Origin: Hemiscyllium ocellatum
Taxonomy: Eukaryota
Length of the DNA: 64,000 nucleotides
Assembly: GCF_020745735.1 (NCBI RefSeq)
Contig: NW_026867501.1
Span: 310,001 to 374,000 of the forward strand
Direction of reading: 5' to 3'
The notes beneath the pieces were generated by a model that saw only the letters and a program-made list of their open reading frames with translations, was not told the DNA's origin and did no database searches. Shown here in pieces: positions 24,679 to 35,120 of this stretch (its first letter is position 1; each line of letters begins with the position of its first letter). Position numbers and translations under genes: made by a program.

Positions 24679-27600
24679 TTATAGAACATAGAACATAGAA
24701 AGATACAGCGCAGTACAGGCCCTTCGGCCCTCGATGTTGCGCCGACCGAATCCTACCTAACCTACACGAGCCCAATAACTTCCAAATGCCTATCCAATGC
24801 CCGCTTAAATGACCATAAAGAAGGAGAGTTCACCACTGCTACTGGCAGGGCATTCCATGAACTCACAACCCGCTGTGTAAAGAATCTACCCCTAACATCT
24901 GTCCTATACCTACCACCCCTTAATTTAAAGCTGTGTCCCCTAGTAACACCTGACTCCATTAGCGGTAAAAGGTTCTCAGTGTCGACCCTATCTAAACCCC
25001 TAATCATCTTATACACCTCTATCAAATCTCCCCTAAACCTTCTCTTCTCCAATGAGAACAGCCCCAAGTGCCTCAGCCTTTCCTCATAAGATTTTCCTAC
25101 CATTCCAGGCAACATCCTGGTAAACCTCCTCTGCACTCGTTCCAATGCCTCCACATCCTTCCTATAGTATGGCGACCAAAACTGCACACAATACTCCAGA
25201 TGAGGCCGCACCAGAGTCTTATACAGTTGCAACATGACCTCAGGACTCCGGAACTCAATTCCTCTACCAATAAAGCCCAGTACACCATATGCCTTCCTCA
25301 CAGCACTATTTACCTGGGTGGCAACTTTCAGAGATCTGTGTACATGGACACCAAGATCCCTCTGCTCATCCACACTACCAAATAGCCTACCATTAGCCCA
25401 GTAATCCATCTTCTTGTTACTCCTACCAAAGTGAATGACTTCACACTTAGCTACATTGAATTCCATTTGCCACATTTCTGCCCAGCTCTGCAACTTATCT
25501 ATATCCCGCTGTAACCTACCACTTCCTTCCTCACTATCCACAACTCCACCGACTTTTGTGTCATCCGCAAACTTGCTTACCCAGCTTTCAAGCCCTTCCT
25601 CTAGATCATTTATAAAGATAACAAAAAGCAATGGTCCCAAAACAGATCCTTGTGGTACACCGCTAGTAACTGCACTCCAAGATGAACATAGTCCATCAAC
25701 TACTACCCTCTGTCTCCTTCCAGCCAGCCAATTCCTAATCCAAACCTCTAATGTATCCTCAATGCCATACCTCCGTAGTTTTAGCATTAGCCTACCATGG
25801 GGAACCTCATCGAACGCCTTACTAAAATCCATATACACAACATCTACTGCTTTACCCTCGTCCACTTCCTTAGTCACCTTCTCAAAGAACTCAATAAGGT
25901 TTGTGAGGCACGACCTGCCCTTCACAAAACCATGCTGGCTATCCTTGATCACGTTATTCCTATCCAGATGTTCATAAATCTTATCCCTTACCATTCTCTC
26001 TAAGACTTTGCCCACCACTGAAGTCAGACTCACTGGCCTATACTTACTAGGGCTATCCCTACTCCCTTTCTTGAACAAGGGGACCACATTCGCTATCCTC
26101 CAGTCCTCTGGTACTATTCCCGTTGACAATGACGATATAAAAATCCAGGTCAATGGCTCTGCTATCTCCTCCCTAGCTTCCCATAGGATCCTAAGGTAAA
26201 TGCCATCAGGCCCAGGAGACTTATCTATTTTCATCCTCTCCAATATTCCCAGAACCTCTTCCCTGCATATTTCCAGGCCATCCATTCTAATCATTTGTGA
26301 CTCCATATTCACATCAGCAACAGTGTCCTGTTCCTGAGTGAATACTGATGAAAAGTATTGATTTAGTGTCTCTCCAATCTCCTCCGCCTCCACACACAAC
26401 TTCCCACTACTATCCTTGACTGGACCGATACCTACCCTAGTCATCCTTTTATTCCTGACATACCTATAGAAAGCCTTTGGGTTTTCCCTAATCCTACCAG
26501 CTAAAGACTTTTCATGTCCCCTTCTCGCTTCTCTTAGCTCTCTCTTTACATCCTTCCTGGCTACCTTATAACTCTCTATCGCCCCAACCGAACCTTCACG
26601 CCTCATCTTTACATATGCCGCCTTCTTCCCTTTCGCAAGGGATTCCAATTCCTTACTAAACCACGGCTGCCTCACAAGGCCCTTTACACCATGCCTGACT
26701 GGTACATATTTATCGAGGACACGTAGTAGCTGCTCCTTGAACAATCCCCACATCTCATTAGTGTTCTTCTCTTGAAGCCTGTTTTTCCAGTCCACACATC
26801 CTAAGTCATGCCTCACTGCCTCATAATGTCCCTGCCCCCAGCTATAACTCTTGCCCTGCGGCGCACACTTATCCCTCTCCATCACTAAAGTAAAAGTCAC
26901 CGAGTTGTGGTCACTGTCACTGAAGTGCTCACCTACCTCCAAGTCTAACACCTGGCCTGGTTCATTACCTAGAACCAAGTCCAGTATAGCCTCACCTCTT
27001 GTTGGCCTGTCTACATATTGTGTCAGGAAACCCTCCTGCACACATTGGACAAACACCGACCCATCTAATGAACTCGAGCTATAGCTCTCCCAGTCAATAT
27101 CTGGGAAGTTAAAGTCCCCCATAACAACCACCCGACTACCTTCACTCTTTTCCTGAATCATCCTCGCAATATTATCCTCTACTTCTCTAGGACTATTAGG
27201 AGGCCTGTAGAAAACACCTAACAGGGTGACCTCACCTTTCCTATTTCTAACCTCAGCCCAAACTACCTCAGATTGCAAGTCCTCTTCCATCGTCCATTCC
27301 ACTGCTGTAATACTATCTTTGACAAGTAATGCCACACCTCCCCCTTTTTTACCCCCATGTCTGATCCTACTAAAACATTTAAACCCTGGAACCTGCAACA
27401 GCCATTCTTGTCCCTGTTCTACCCACGTCTCTGTAATGGCCACAACATCGAAGTCCCAGGTACTAACCCACGCTGCAAGTTCACCTACCTTATTTCTTAT
27501 ACTTCTGGCATTGAAGTATACACACTTCAATCCACCCTTCTGTTTACAGGCACCCTCCTTTGAGATCGCTGCATTATTCATAACCTCCCTACACTCAAGG

Positions 27601-28531
27601 TCCTGTACCCTAAAGCTACAGTCCAGGTTCCCATGCCCCGGCGGAGTTAGTTTAAACCCTCCCAAAGAGCACTAGCAAACCTCCCCCCAAGGATACTGGT
27701 GCCCCTCAGGTTCAGGTGTAGACCATCCTTTTTATAGAGGTCCCACCTTCCCCAGAAAGAACCCCAGTTGTCCAGAAACCGGAATCCCTCCCTCCTGCAC
27801 CATCCCTGTAGCCACGCATTTAACTGCTGTCTCTCCCTATTCCTCGACTCTCTATCACGTGGCACGGGTAACAAACCAGAGACTACAACTCTGTTTGTTC
27901 TAACTCTGAGCTTCCAACCTAGCTCCCTGAAAGCCTGTCTGACATCCTCACCCCTCTTCCTACCTATATCGTTGGTGCCAACGTGGACCACGATCTGGGG
28001 CTGATCCCCCTCCCCCTTAAGGACCCGGAAAACACGATCAGCGACATCACGTAACCTTGCACCTGGGAGGCAACATACCAAACGTAAGTCACTTTCGCCC
28101 CCACAAAACCGTCTGTCTGTACCTCTCACTATCGAGTCCCCAAGAACTATCGCTCTACCTTTCACCACCCTTCCCTTCTGAGCAACGGGGCCAGGCTCCG
28201 TGCCAGAGGCCTGAACCTCGTTGCTTGCCCCTGGTAAGTCATCCCCCCCACAAGTATCCAAAACGGTATACTTGTTCTTGAGGGGAATGACCGCAGGGGG
28301 TCCCTGCACTGGCTTCCTCCTCCCACTCCCCCTCACTGTCACCCATCTATCTTGAACTTTCGGAGTAACTACTTCCCTAAAGCTCTGATCTATGACCCTC
28401 TCTGCCTCCCGAATGATCCGCAGTTCAACCAAATCCAGCTCCAGTTCCCTAACACGGGCTTGGAGGAGCTGGAGATGGGTGCACTTCTTGCAAGTGTACT
28501 CAGCAGGGACGCTAATGGCTTCCCTTCCCTC
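24679..28531 (-). mobile_element. Young CR1-clade LINE, 5'-truncated in ORF1 (left arm of palindrome)
   Basis: ORF1 remnant (CKKC, coiled coil, SGNH esterase), uninterrupted ORF2, 3' UTR and (TTCTATG)n tail ending at ~24679. Confidence 0.97.
24762..27665 (-). CDS. CR1 ORF2: APE endonuclease plus reverse transcriptase, uninterrupted 967 codons
   Basis: Endonuclease motifs FNARS, ITETW, MGDFN, SDHN. RT motifs QHGF, MDFSKAFD, PQGSVLGP, FADD. Confidence 0.95.
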   Translation of the reverse strand: MGGFKLTPPGHGNLDCSFRVQDLECREVMNNAAISKEGACKQKGGLKCVYFNARSIRNKVGELAAWVSTWDFDVVAITETWVEQGQEWLLQVPGFKCFSRIRHGGKKGGGVALLVKDSITAVEWTMEEDLQSEVVWAEVRNRKGEVTLLGVFYRPPNSPREVEDNIARMIQEKSEGSRVVVMGDFNFPDIDWESYSSSSLDGSVFVQCVQEGFLTQYVDRPTRGEAILDLVLGNEPGQVLDLEVGEHFSDSDHNSVTFTLVMERDKCAPQGKSYSWGQGHYEAVRHDLGCVDWKNRLQEKNTNEMWGLFKEQLLRVLDKYVPVRHGVKGLVRQPWFSKELESLAKGKKAAYVKMRREGSVGAIESYKVARKDVKRELREARRGHEKSLAGRIRENPKAFYRYVRNKRMTRVGIGPVKDSSGKLCVEAEEIGETLNQYFSSVFTQEQDTVADVNMESQMIRMDGLEICREEVLGILERMKIDKSPGPDGIYLRILWEAREEIAEPLTWIFISSLSTGIVPEDWRIANVVPLFKKGSRDSPSKYRPVSLTSVVGKVLERMVRDKIYEHLDRNNVIKDSQHGFVKGRSCLTNLIEFFEKVTKEVDEGKAVDVVYMDFSKAFDEVPHGRLMLKLRRYGIEDTLEVWIRNWLAGRRQRVVVDGLCSSWSAVTSGVPQGSVLGPLLFVIFINDLEEGLESWVSKFADDTKVGGVVDSEEGSGRLQRDIDKLQSWAEMWQMEFNVAKCEVIHFGRSNKKMDYWANGRLFGSVDEQRDLGVHVHRSLKVATQVNSAVRKAYGVLGFIGRGIEFRSPEVMLQLYKTLVRPHLEYCVQFWSPYYRKDVEALERVQRRFTRMLPGMVGKSYEERLRHLGLFSLEKRRFRGDLIEVYKMIRGLDRVDTENLLPLMESGVTRGHSFKLRGGRYRTDVRGRFFTQRVVSSWNALPVAVVNSPSLWSFKRALDRHLEVIGLV

Positions 28532-28576
28532 GCCATTAGCGTCCCTGCTGAGTACACTTGCAAGAAGTGCACCCAT
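27647..28576 (-). CDS. CR1 ORF1 (truncated Zn motif, coiled coil, SGNH/GDSL esterase), open from an ATG supplied by the opposite arm; 309 aa
   Basis: GDSIVRG, VGTND and DGLH esterase blocks are intact. The in-frame ATG at 28576 lies in the antisense strand of the right arm. Confidence 0.75.
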   Translation of the reverse strand: MGALLASVLSRDANGEGREAISVPAEYTCKKCTHLQLLQARVRELELDLVELRIIREAERVIDQSFREVVTPKVQDRWVTVRGSGRRKPVQGPPAVIPLKNKYTVLDTCGGDDLPGASNEVQASGTEPGPVAQKGRVVKGRAIVLGDSIVRGTDRRFCGGESDLRLVCCLPGARLRDVADRVFRVLKGEGDQPQIVVHVGTNDIGRKRGEDVRQAFRELGWKLRVRTNRVVVSGLLPVPRDRESRNRERQQLNAWLQGWCRREGFRFLDNWGSFWGRWDLYKKDGLHLNLRGTSILGGRFASALWEGLN

Positions 28577-31500
28577 CTCCAGCTCCTCCAAGCCCGTGTT
28601 AGGGAACTGGAGCTGGATTTGGATGAACTGCGGATCATTCGGGAGGCAGAGAGGGTCATAGATCAGAGCTTTAGGGAAGTAGTTACTCCGAAAGTTCAAG
28701 ATAGATGGGTGACAGTGAGGGGGAGTGGGAGGAGGAAGCCAGTGCAGGGACCCCCTGCGGTCATTCCCCTCAAGAACAAGTATACCGTTTTGGATACTTG
28801 TGGGGGGGATGACTAACCAGGGGCAAGCAACGAGGTTCAGGCCTCTGGCACGGAGCCTGGCCCCGTTGCTCAGAGGGAAGGGTGGTGAAAGGTAGAGCGA
28901 TAGTTCTTGGGGACTCGATAGTGAGGGGTACAGACAGACGGTTTTGTGGGGGCGAAAGTGACTCACGTTTGGTATGTTGCCTCCCAGGTGCAAGGTTACG
29001 TGATGTCGCTGATCGTGTTTTCCGGGTCCTTAAGGGGGAGGGGGATCAGCCCCAGATCGTGGTCCACGTTGGCACCAACGATATAGGTAGGAAGAGGGGT
29101 GAGGATGTCAGACAGGCTTTCAGGGAGCTAGGTTGGAAGCTCAGAGTTAGAACAAACAGAGTTGTAGTCTCTGGTTTGTTACCCGTGCCACGTGATAGAG
29201 AGTCGAGGAATAGGGAGAGACAGCAGTTAAATGCGTGGCTACAGGGATGGTGCAGGAGGGAGGGATTCCGGTTTCTGGACAACTGGGGTTCTTTCTGGGG
29301 AAGGTGGGACCTCTATAAAAAGGATGGTCTACACCTGAACCTGAGGGGCACCAGTATCCTTGGGGGGAGGTTTGCTAGTGCTCTTTGGGAGGGTTTAAAC
29401 TAACTCCGCCGGGGCATGGGAACCTGGACTGTAGCTTTAGGGTACAGGACCTTGAGTGTAGGGAGGTTATGAATATTGCAGCGATCTCAAAGGAGGGTGC
29501 CTGTAAACAGAAGGGTGGATTGACGTGTGTATACTTCAATGCCAGAAGTATAAGAAATAAGGTAGGTGAACTTGCAGCGTGGGTTGGTACCTGGGACTTC
29601 GATGTTGTGGCCATTACAGAGACGTGGGTAGAACAGGGACAAGAATGGCTGTTGCAGGTTCCAGGGTTTAAATGTTTTAGTAGGATCAGACATGGGGGTA
29701 AAAAAGGGGGAGGTGTGGCATTACTTGTCAAAGATAGTATTACAGCAGTGGAATGGACGATGGAAGAGGACTTGCCATCTGAGGTAGTTTGGGCTGAGGT
29801 TAGAAATAGGAAAGGTGAGGTCACCCTGTTAGGTGTTTTCTACAGGTCTCCTAATAGTCCTAGAGAAGTAGAGGATAATATTGCGAGGATGATTCAGAAA
29901 AAGAGTGAAGGTAGTCGGGTGGTTGTTATGGGGGACTTTAACTTCCCAGATATTGACTGGGAGAGCTATAGCTCGAGTTCATTAGATGGGTCGGTGTTTG
30001 TCCAATGTGTGCAGGAGGGTGTCCTGACACAATATGTAGACAGGCCAACAAGAGGTGAGGCTATACTGGACTTGGTTCTAGGTAATGAACCAGGCCAGGT
30101 GTTAGACTTGGAGGTAGGTGAGCACTTCGGTGACAGTGACCACAACTCGGTGACTTTTACTTTAGTGATGGAGAGGGATAAGTGTGCGCCGCAGGGCAAG
30201 AGTTATAGCTGGGGGTAGGGAAATTATGAGGCAGTGAGGCATGACTTAGGATGTGTGGACTGGAAAAACAGGCTTCAAGAGAAGAACACTAATGAGATGT
30301 GGGGATTGTTCAAGGAGCAGCTACTACGCGTCCTCGATAAATATGTACCAGTCAGGCATGGTGTAAAGGGCCTTGTGAGGCAGCCGTGGTTTAGTAAGGA
30401 ATTGGAATCCCTTGCGAAAGGGAAGAAGGCGGCATATGTAAAGATGAGGCGTGAAGGTTCGGTTGGGGCGATAGAGAGTTATAAGGTAGCCAGGAAGGAT
30501 GTAATGAGAGAGCTAAGAGAAGCGAGAAGGGGACATGAAAAGTCTTTAGCTGGTAGGATTAGGGAAAACCCAAAGGCTTTCTATAGGTATGTCAGGAATA
30601 AAAGGATGACTGGGGTCGGTATCGGTCCAGTCAAGGATAGTAGTGGGAAGTTGTGTGTGGAGGCGGAGGAGATTGGAGAGACACTAAATCAATACTTTTC
30701 ATCAGTATTCACTCAGGAACAGGACACTGTTGCTGATGTGAATATGGAGTCACAAATGATTAGAATGGATGGCCTGGAAATATGCAGGGAAGAGGTTCTG
30801 GGAATATTGGAGAGGATGAAAATAGATAAGTCTCCTGGGCCTGATGGCATTTACCTTAGGATCCTATGGGAAGCTAGGGAGGAGATAGCAGAGCCATTGA
30901 CCTGGATTTTTATATTGTCATTGTCAACGGGATTAGTACCAGAGGACTGGAGGATAGCGAATGTGGTCCCCTTGTTCAAGAAAGGGAGTAGGGATAGCCC
31001 TAGTAAGTATAGGCCAGTGAGTCTGACTTCAGAGGTGGGCAAAGTCTTAGAGAGAATGGTAAGGGATAAGATTTATGAACATCTGGATAGGAATAACGTG
31101 ATCAAGGATAGCCAGCATGGTTTTGTGAAGGGCAGGTCGTGCCTCACAAACCTTATTGAGTTCTTTGAGAAGGTGACTAAGGAAGTGGACGAGGGTAAAG
31201 CAGTAGATGTTGTGTATATGGATTTTAGTAAGGCGTTCGATAAGGTTCCCCATGGTAGGCTAATGCTAAAACTACGGAGGTATGGCATTGAGGATACATT
31301 AGAGGTTTGGATTAGGAATTGGCTGGCTGGAAGGAGACAGAGGGTAGTAGTTGATGGACTATGTTCATCTTGGAGTGCAGTTACTAGCGGTGTACCACAA
31401 GGATCTGTTTTGGGACCATTGCTTTTTGTTATCTTTATAAATGATCTAGAGGAAGGGCTTGAAAGCTGGGTAAGCAAGTTTGCGGATGACACAAAAGTCG

Positions 31501-32371
31501 GTGGAGTTGTGGATAGTGAGGAAGGAAGTGGTAGGTTACAGCTGGATATAGATAAGTTGCAGAGCTGGGCAGAAATGTGGCAAATGGAATTCAATGTAGC
31601 TAAGTGTGAAGTCATTCACTTTGGTAGGAGTAACAAGAAGATGGATTACTGGGCTAATGGTAGGCTATTAGGTAGTGTGGATGAGCAGAGGGATCTTGGT
31701 GTCCATGTACACAGATCTCTGAAAGTTGCCACCCAGGTAAATAGTGCTGTGAGGAAGGCATATGGTGTACTGGGCTTTATTGGTAGAGGAATTGAGTTCC
31801 GGAGTCCTGAGGTCATGTTGCAACTGTATAAGACTCTGGTGCGGCCTCATCTGGAGTATTGTGTGCAGTTTTGGTCGCCATACTATAGGAAGGATGTGGA
31901 GGCATTGGAACGAGTGCAGAGGAGGTTTACCAGGATGTTGCCTGGAATGGTAGGAAAATCTTATGAGGAAAGGCTGAGGCACTTGGGGCTGTTCTCATTG
32001 GAGAAGAGAAGGTTTAGGGGAGATTTGATAGAGGTGTATAAGAAGATTAGGGGTTTAGATAGGGTCGACACTGAGAACCTTTTACTGCTAATGGAGTCAG
32101 GTGTTACGAGGGGACACAGCTTTAAATTAAGGGGTGGTAGGAACTTGACAGATGTTAGGGGTAGATTCTTTACACAGCGGGTTGTGAGTTCATGGAATGC
32201 CCTGCCAGTAGCAGTGGTGAACTCTCCTTCTTTATGGTCATTTAAGCGGGCATTGGATAGGCATTTGGAAGTTATTGGGCTAGTGTAGATTAGCTAGGAT
32301 TCGGTCGGCGCAACATCGAGGGCCGAAGGGCCTGTACTGCGCTGTAGCTTTCTATGTTCTATGTTCTATAA
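28532..32371 (+). mobile_element. Young CR1 LINE (right arm of palindrome), disabled
   Basis: Near-identical inverted copy of the left arm. ORF1 has a TAA at 28814-28816 and a 1-nt deletion near 28875; ORF2 has a TAG at 30216-30218. The (TTCTATG)n tail ends at ~32371. Confidence 0.97.
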
Positions 32372-33120
32372 AAGGTAGGTGAGTTCTGAAACTACCATTT
32401 TGTGCTGGTATTTACGATAGAGAAGGAACTAGTGGAGTCTGAATTTACAATTCAAGTTACTATTAAAAAGGAAGACATGTTGTGTGCCTTAAAAATATCA
32501 TTAAGTTAGATAGGTCCTCAGGTTCTCATCGGATCTAAGCCAGAAACTTGAGGGAGGCAAATAAGCAAATTGTTGAAGCATTGACAGACATTTTTATATC
32601 ATGTTGGCTATAGGTGAAGTCCCAGAGTAGTGCAGAACGTTTAATGTTGTCCCGTTGTTTAAGAAGAGTAGCAGGGATAATCCAGGAAATTACAGGCCTG
32701 TGAACCTCAGGTCAGTGGCACGGACATTATTGGAAAACATTCTCAGGGAGAAGATCTGTACGTATTCAGAGGCAATTGGACTTGTTAGTGATGCACAGCA
32801 CGGTTTTGTGCAGGGACGATTTAGCCCCACTAACTTGTTTGAGTTATTTGAGGAGGAAATTAAGATGACTGATGAAAGAAATGTGTTGATGTTGTCGACA
32901 GGGACGTAAGTAAAATATTTCACTCACACGCTCATGACAGACTGGTGTCAAACGTTGAAGTCACACGGCATCAGAATGAGCTGGAAGATGGTCACAGAAC
33001 TGGCTTAGTAATAGGAGACAGATGGTAGTAGTGGAAGGCTGTTTTTCTGAATGGAGGTTTGTGACTAGTGATGCTCCACATGGATCATTGCAGGGACCTT
33101 TGCTGATCGTGGTCTACATA

Positions 33121-35120
33121 TATAGAACATAGAACATTACAGCGCATACAGGCCCTTCGGCCCTGGATGTTGCGCCGCCCTGTCATACTAATCTGAAGCC
33201 CATCCCAACTACACTATTCCATGTACGTCCACTTGCCTGGCCAATGATGATTTAAATGCACTTAAACCTGGCGAATCTATTACCGATGCAGGCAAAGCAT
33301 CCCATACCCTTACTACTCTTTGCGTAAAGAAACTACCTCTGACAATTGTCTTATACCTATCTTCCCTTACTTTAAAGTTGTGTCCCCTCGTTTTTGCTGT
33401 CCCCATACGTGGAAAAAGGCTCTCCCTCTCCACCCTATCTAATCTTTGATTATCTTGTGTGTTTCTATTAAGTCACCTCTCAACCTTCTTCTCTCTAACG
33501 AGGACAGCCTCAAGGCCCTCAGCCTTTCCTCGTAAGACATTCCTTCCATGCCAGGCAACATCCTAGTAAATCTCCTCTGTACCCTTTCCAAAACTTCCAC
33601 ATCCTTCTTATAATGCGGTGACCAGAACTGTACACAATACTCCAAGTGTGGCCGTACCAGAGCTTTGTAGAGCTGCAGCATAACCTCCTGGTTCCGGAAC
33701 TCAGTCCCTCTATTAATAAAGGCTAAAACATTGTATGCCTTCTTAACAACCCTGTCAATCTGGGTGGCAACTTTCAGGGATCTGTGTATATGGATACCGT
33801 GATCTCTTTGCTCATCTGCACTCCCAAGAATCTTACCATTAGCCCAGTACTTTGCATTCTGATTACTCCAGCCCAAGTGTATCACCTCACATCTGTCCAC
33901 ATTAAACTCCATTTGCCAACTCTCAGCCCATCTCTGCATCCTATGTATGTTTCTCTGCAACCTACTACATCCTTTGTCATTATCCACAACTCCACCGACC
34001 TTAGTGTCGTCCGCAAATGTACTATCCCACCCTTCTAAGCCCTCATCCAGGTCATTTATAAAAATGACGAGCAGCATTGGACCCAACACCGATCCTTGCG
34101 GTACTCCGCTAGTAACTGGACACTAAGATGAACAAGTTTCATCAACTACACACTCTGTTTTCTTTCAGCAAGCCAATTACAGATCCAAACTGCTATGTCA
34201 CCCACAATCTCATTACTCCGCACTGTGTATAAGAGCCTCCTGTGGGGAAGCTTGTCGAATGCCTTGCTGAAATCCATATGCAACACATCAACCGGTTTAC
34301 ACTCATTTATCTGTTTGGTCACTTTGTCAAAAAACTCAATAACATTCGTTAGGCACGACCTACCCTTCACAAAACCGTGCTGACTGTCCCTGAACCGATT
34401 ATTCTTTCTGGATGGTTGTCAATCCTGTCTCTTATAAACTTTTTCACCACTTTACCAACAACTGAAGTGAGACTCACTCGTCTTTAATTACCAGGGCGGT
34501 CTCTACCACCTTTTTTGAACAAGGGAACCACATTTTCTATCCACCAATCCTCAGGCACTATTCCTGTAGAAAATGATGATTTGAAGATCAATGCCAAAGA
34601 CTCGGCAATCTCTTTCCTTGCATCCCAGAGGATCCTATAATCGATCCTAGGCGGCACGGTGGCACAGTGGTTAGCACTGCTGTCTCACAGCGCCTGAGAC
34701 CCGGATTCAATTGCCGACTCAGGCGACTGACTGTGTGGAGTTTGCACGTTCTCCCCGTGTCTGCGTGGGTTTCCTCCGGGTGCTCCGGTTTCCTCCCACA
34801 GTCCAAAGATGTGCGGGTCAGGTGAATTGGCCATGCTAAAATGCCCGTAGTGTTAGGTAAGGGGTAAATGCAGGGGTATGGGTGTGTAGCGCTTCGGCGG
34901 GTCGGTGTGGACTTGTTGGGCCAAAGGGCCTGTTTCCACACTGTAAGTAAACTAATCTAATCTAATCATCCCAACCAGCCCAGGGGACTTGTCTATTTTC
35001 ACACTCTGCATTATTTCTAATAACTCTTCCTTGTGAACCTCAATCTCTTCTACTCTAGATGTAAGTATCTCTGTATCTTCCTCATCAACATTTTCATTTT
35101 CTATAGTGAAAATGTTTGCG
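33121..35120 (-). mobile_element. 5'-truncated CR1 LINE nested in the older CR1 and itself interrupted by a SINE
   Basis: tagaacatagaac tail at 33121; ORF 33439-34089 includes STFADDTKVGG. Confidence 0.9.
34650..34967 (+). mobile_element. Full-length tRNA-derived HE1-type SINE
   Basis: A-box TGGCACAGTGG, B-box-like GGATTCAATTG, a CR1-like 3' end (gggccaaagggcctgt...ctgta) and a (TAATC)n tail. Confidence 0.9.

Larger units (their letters stand above)
24679..32371. repeat. 7693-bp palindrome: arms 24679-28519 and 28532-32371, 12-nt spacer TTCCCTTCCCTC
   Basis: ...cagcagggacgctaatggc|ttcccttccctc|gccattagcgtccctgctg...; mirrored ORFs appear throughout the ORF track. Confidence 0.98.

Noticed and set aside
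25068-31982. Paired antisense ORFs (180, 149, 105, 89, 78 aa etc.) appearing twice
   Set aside because: Shadow frames of CR1 ORF1/ORF2, duplicated by the palindrome.
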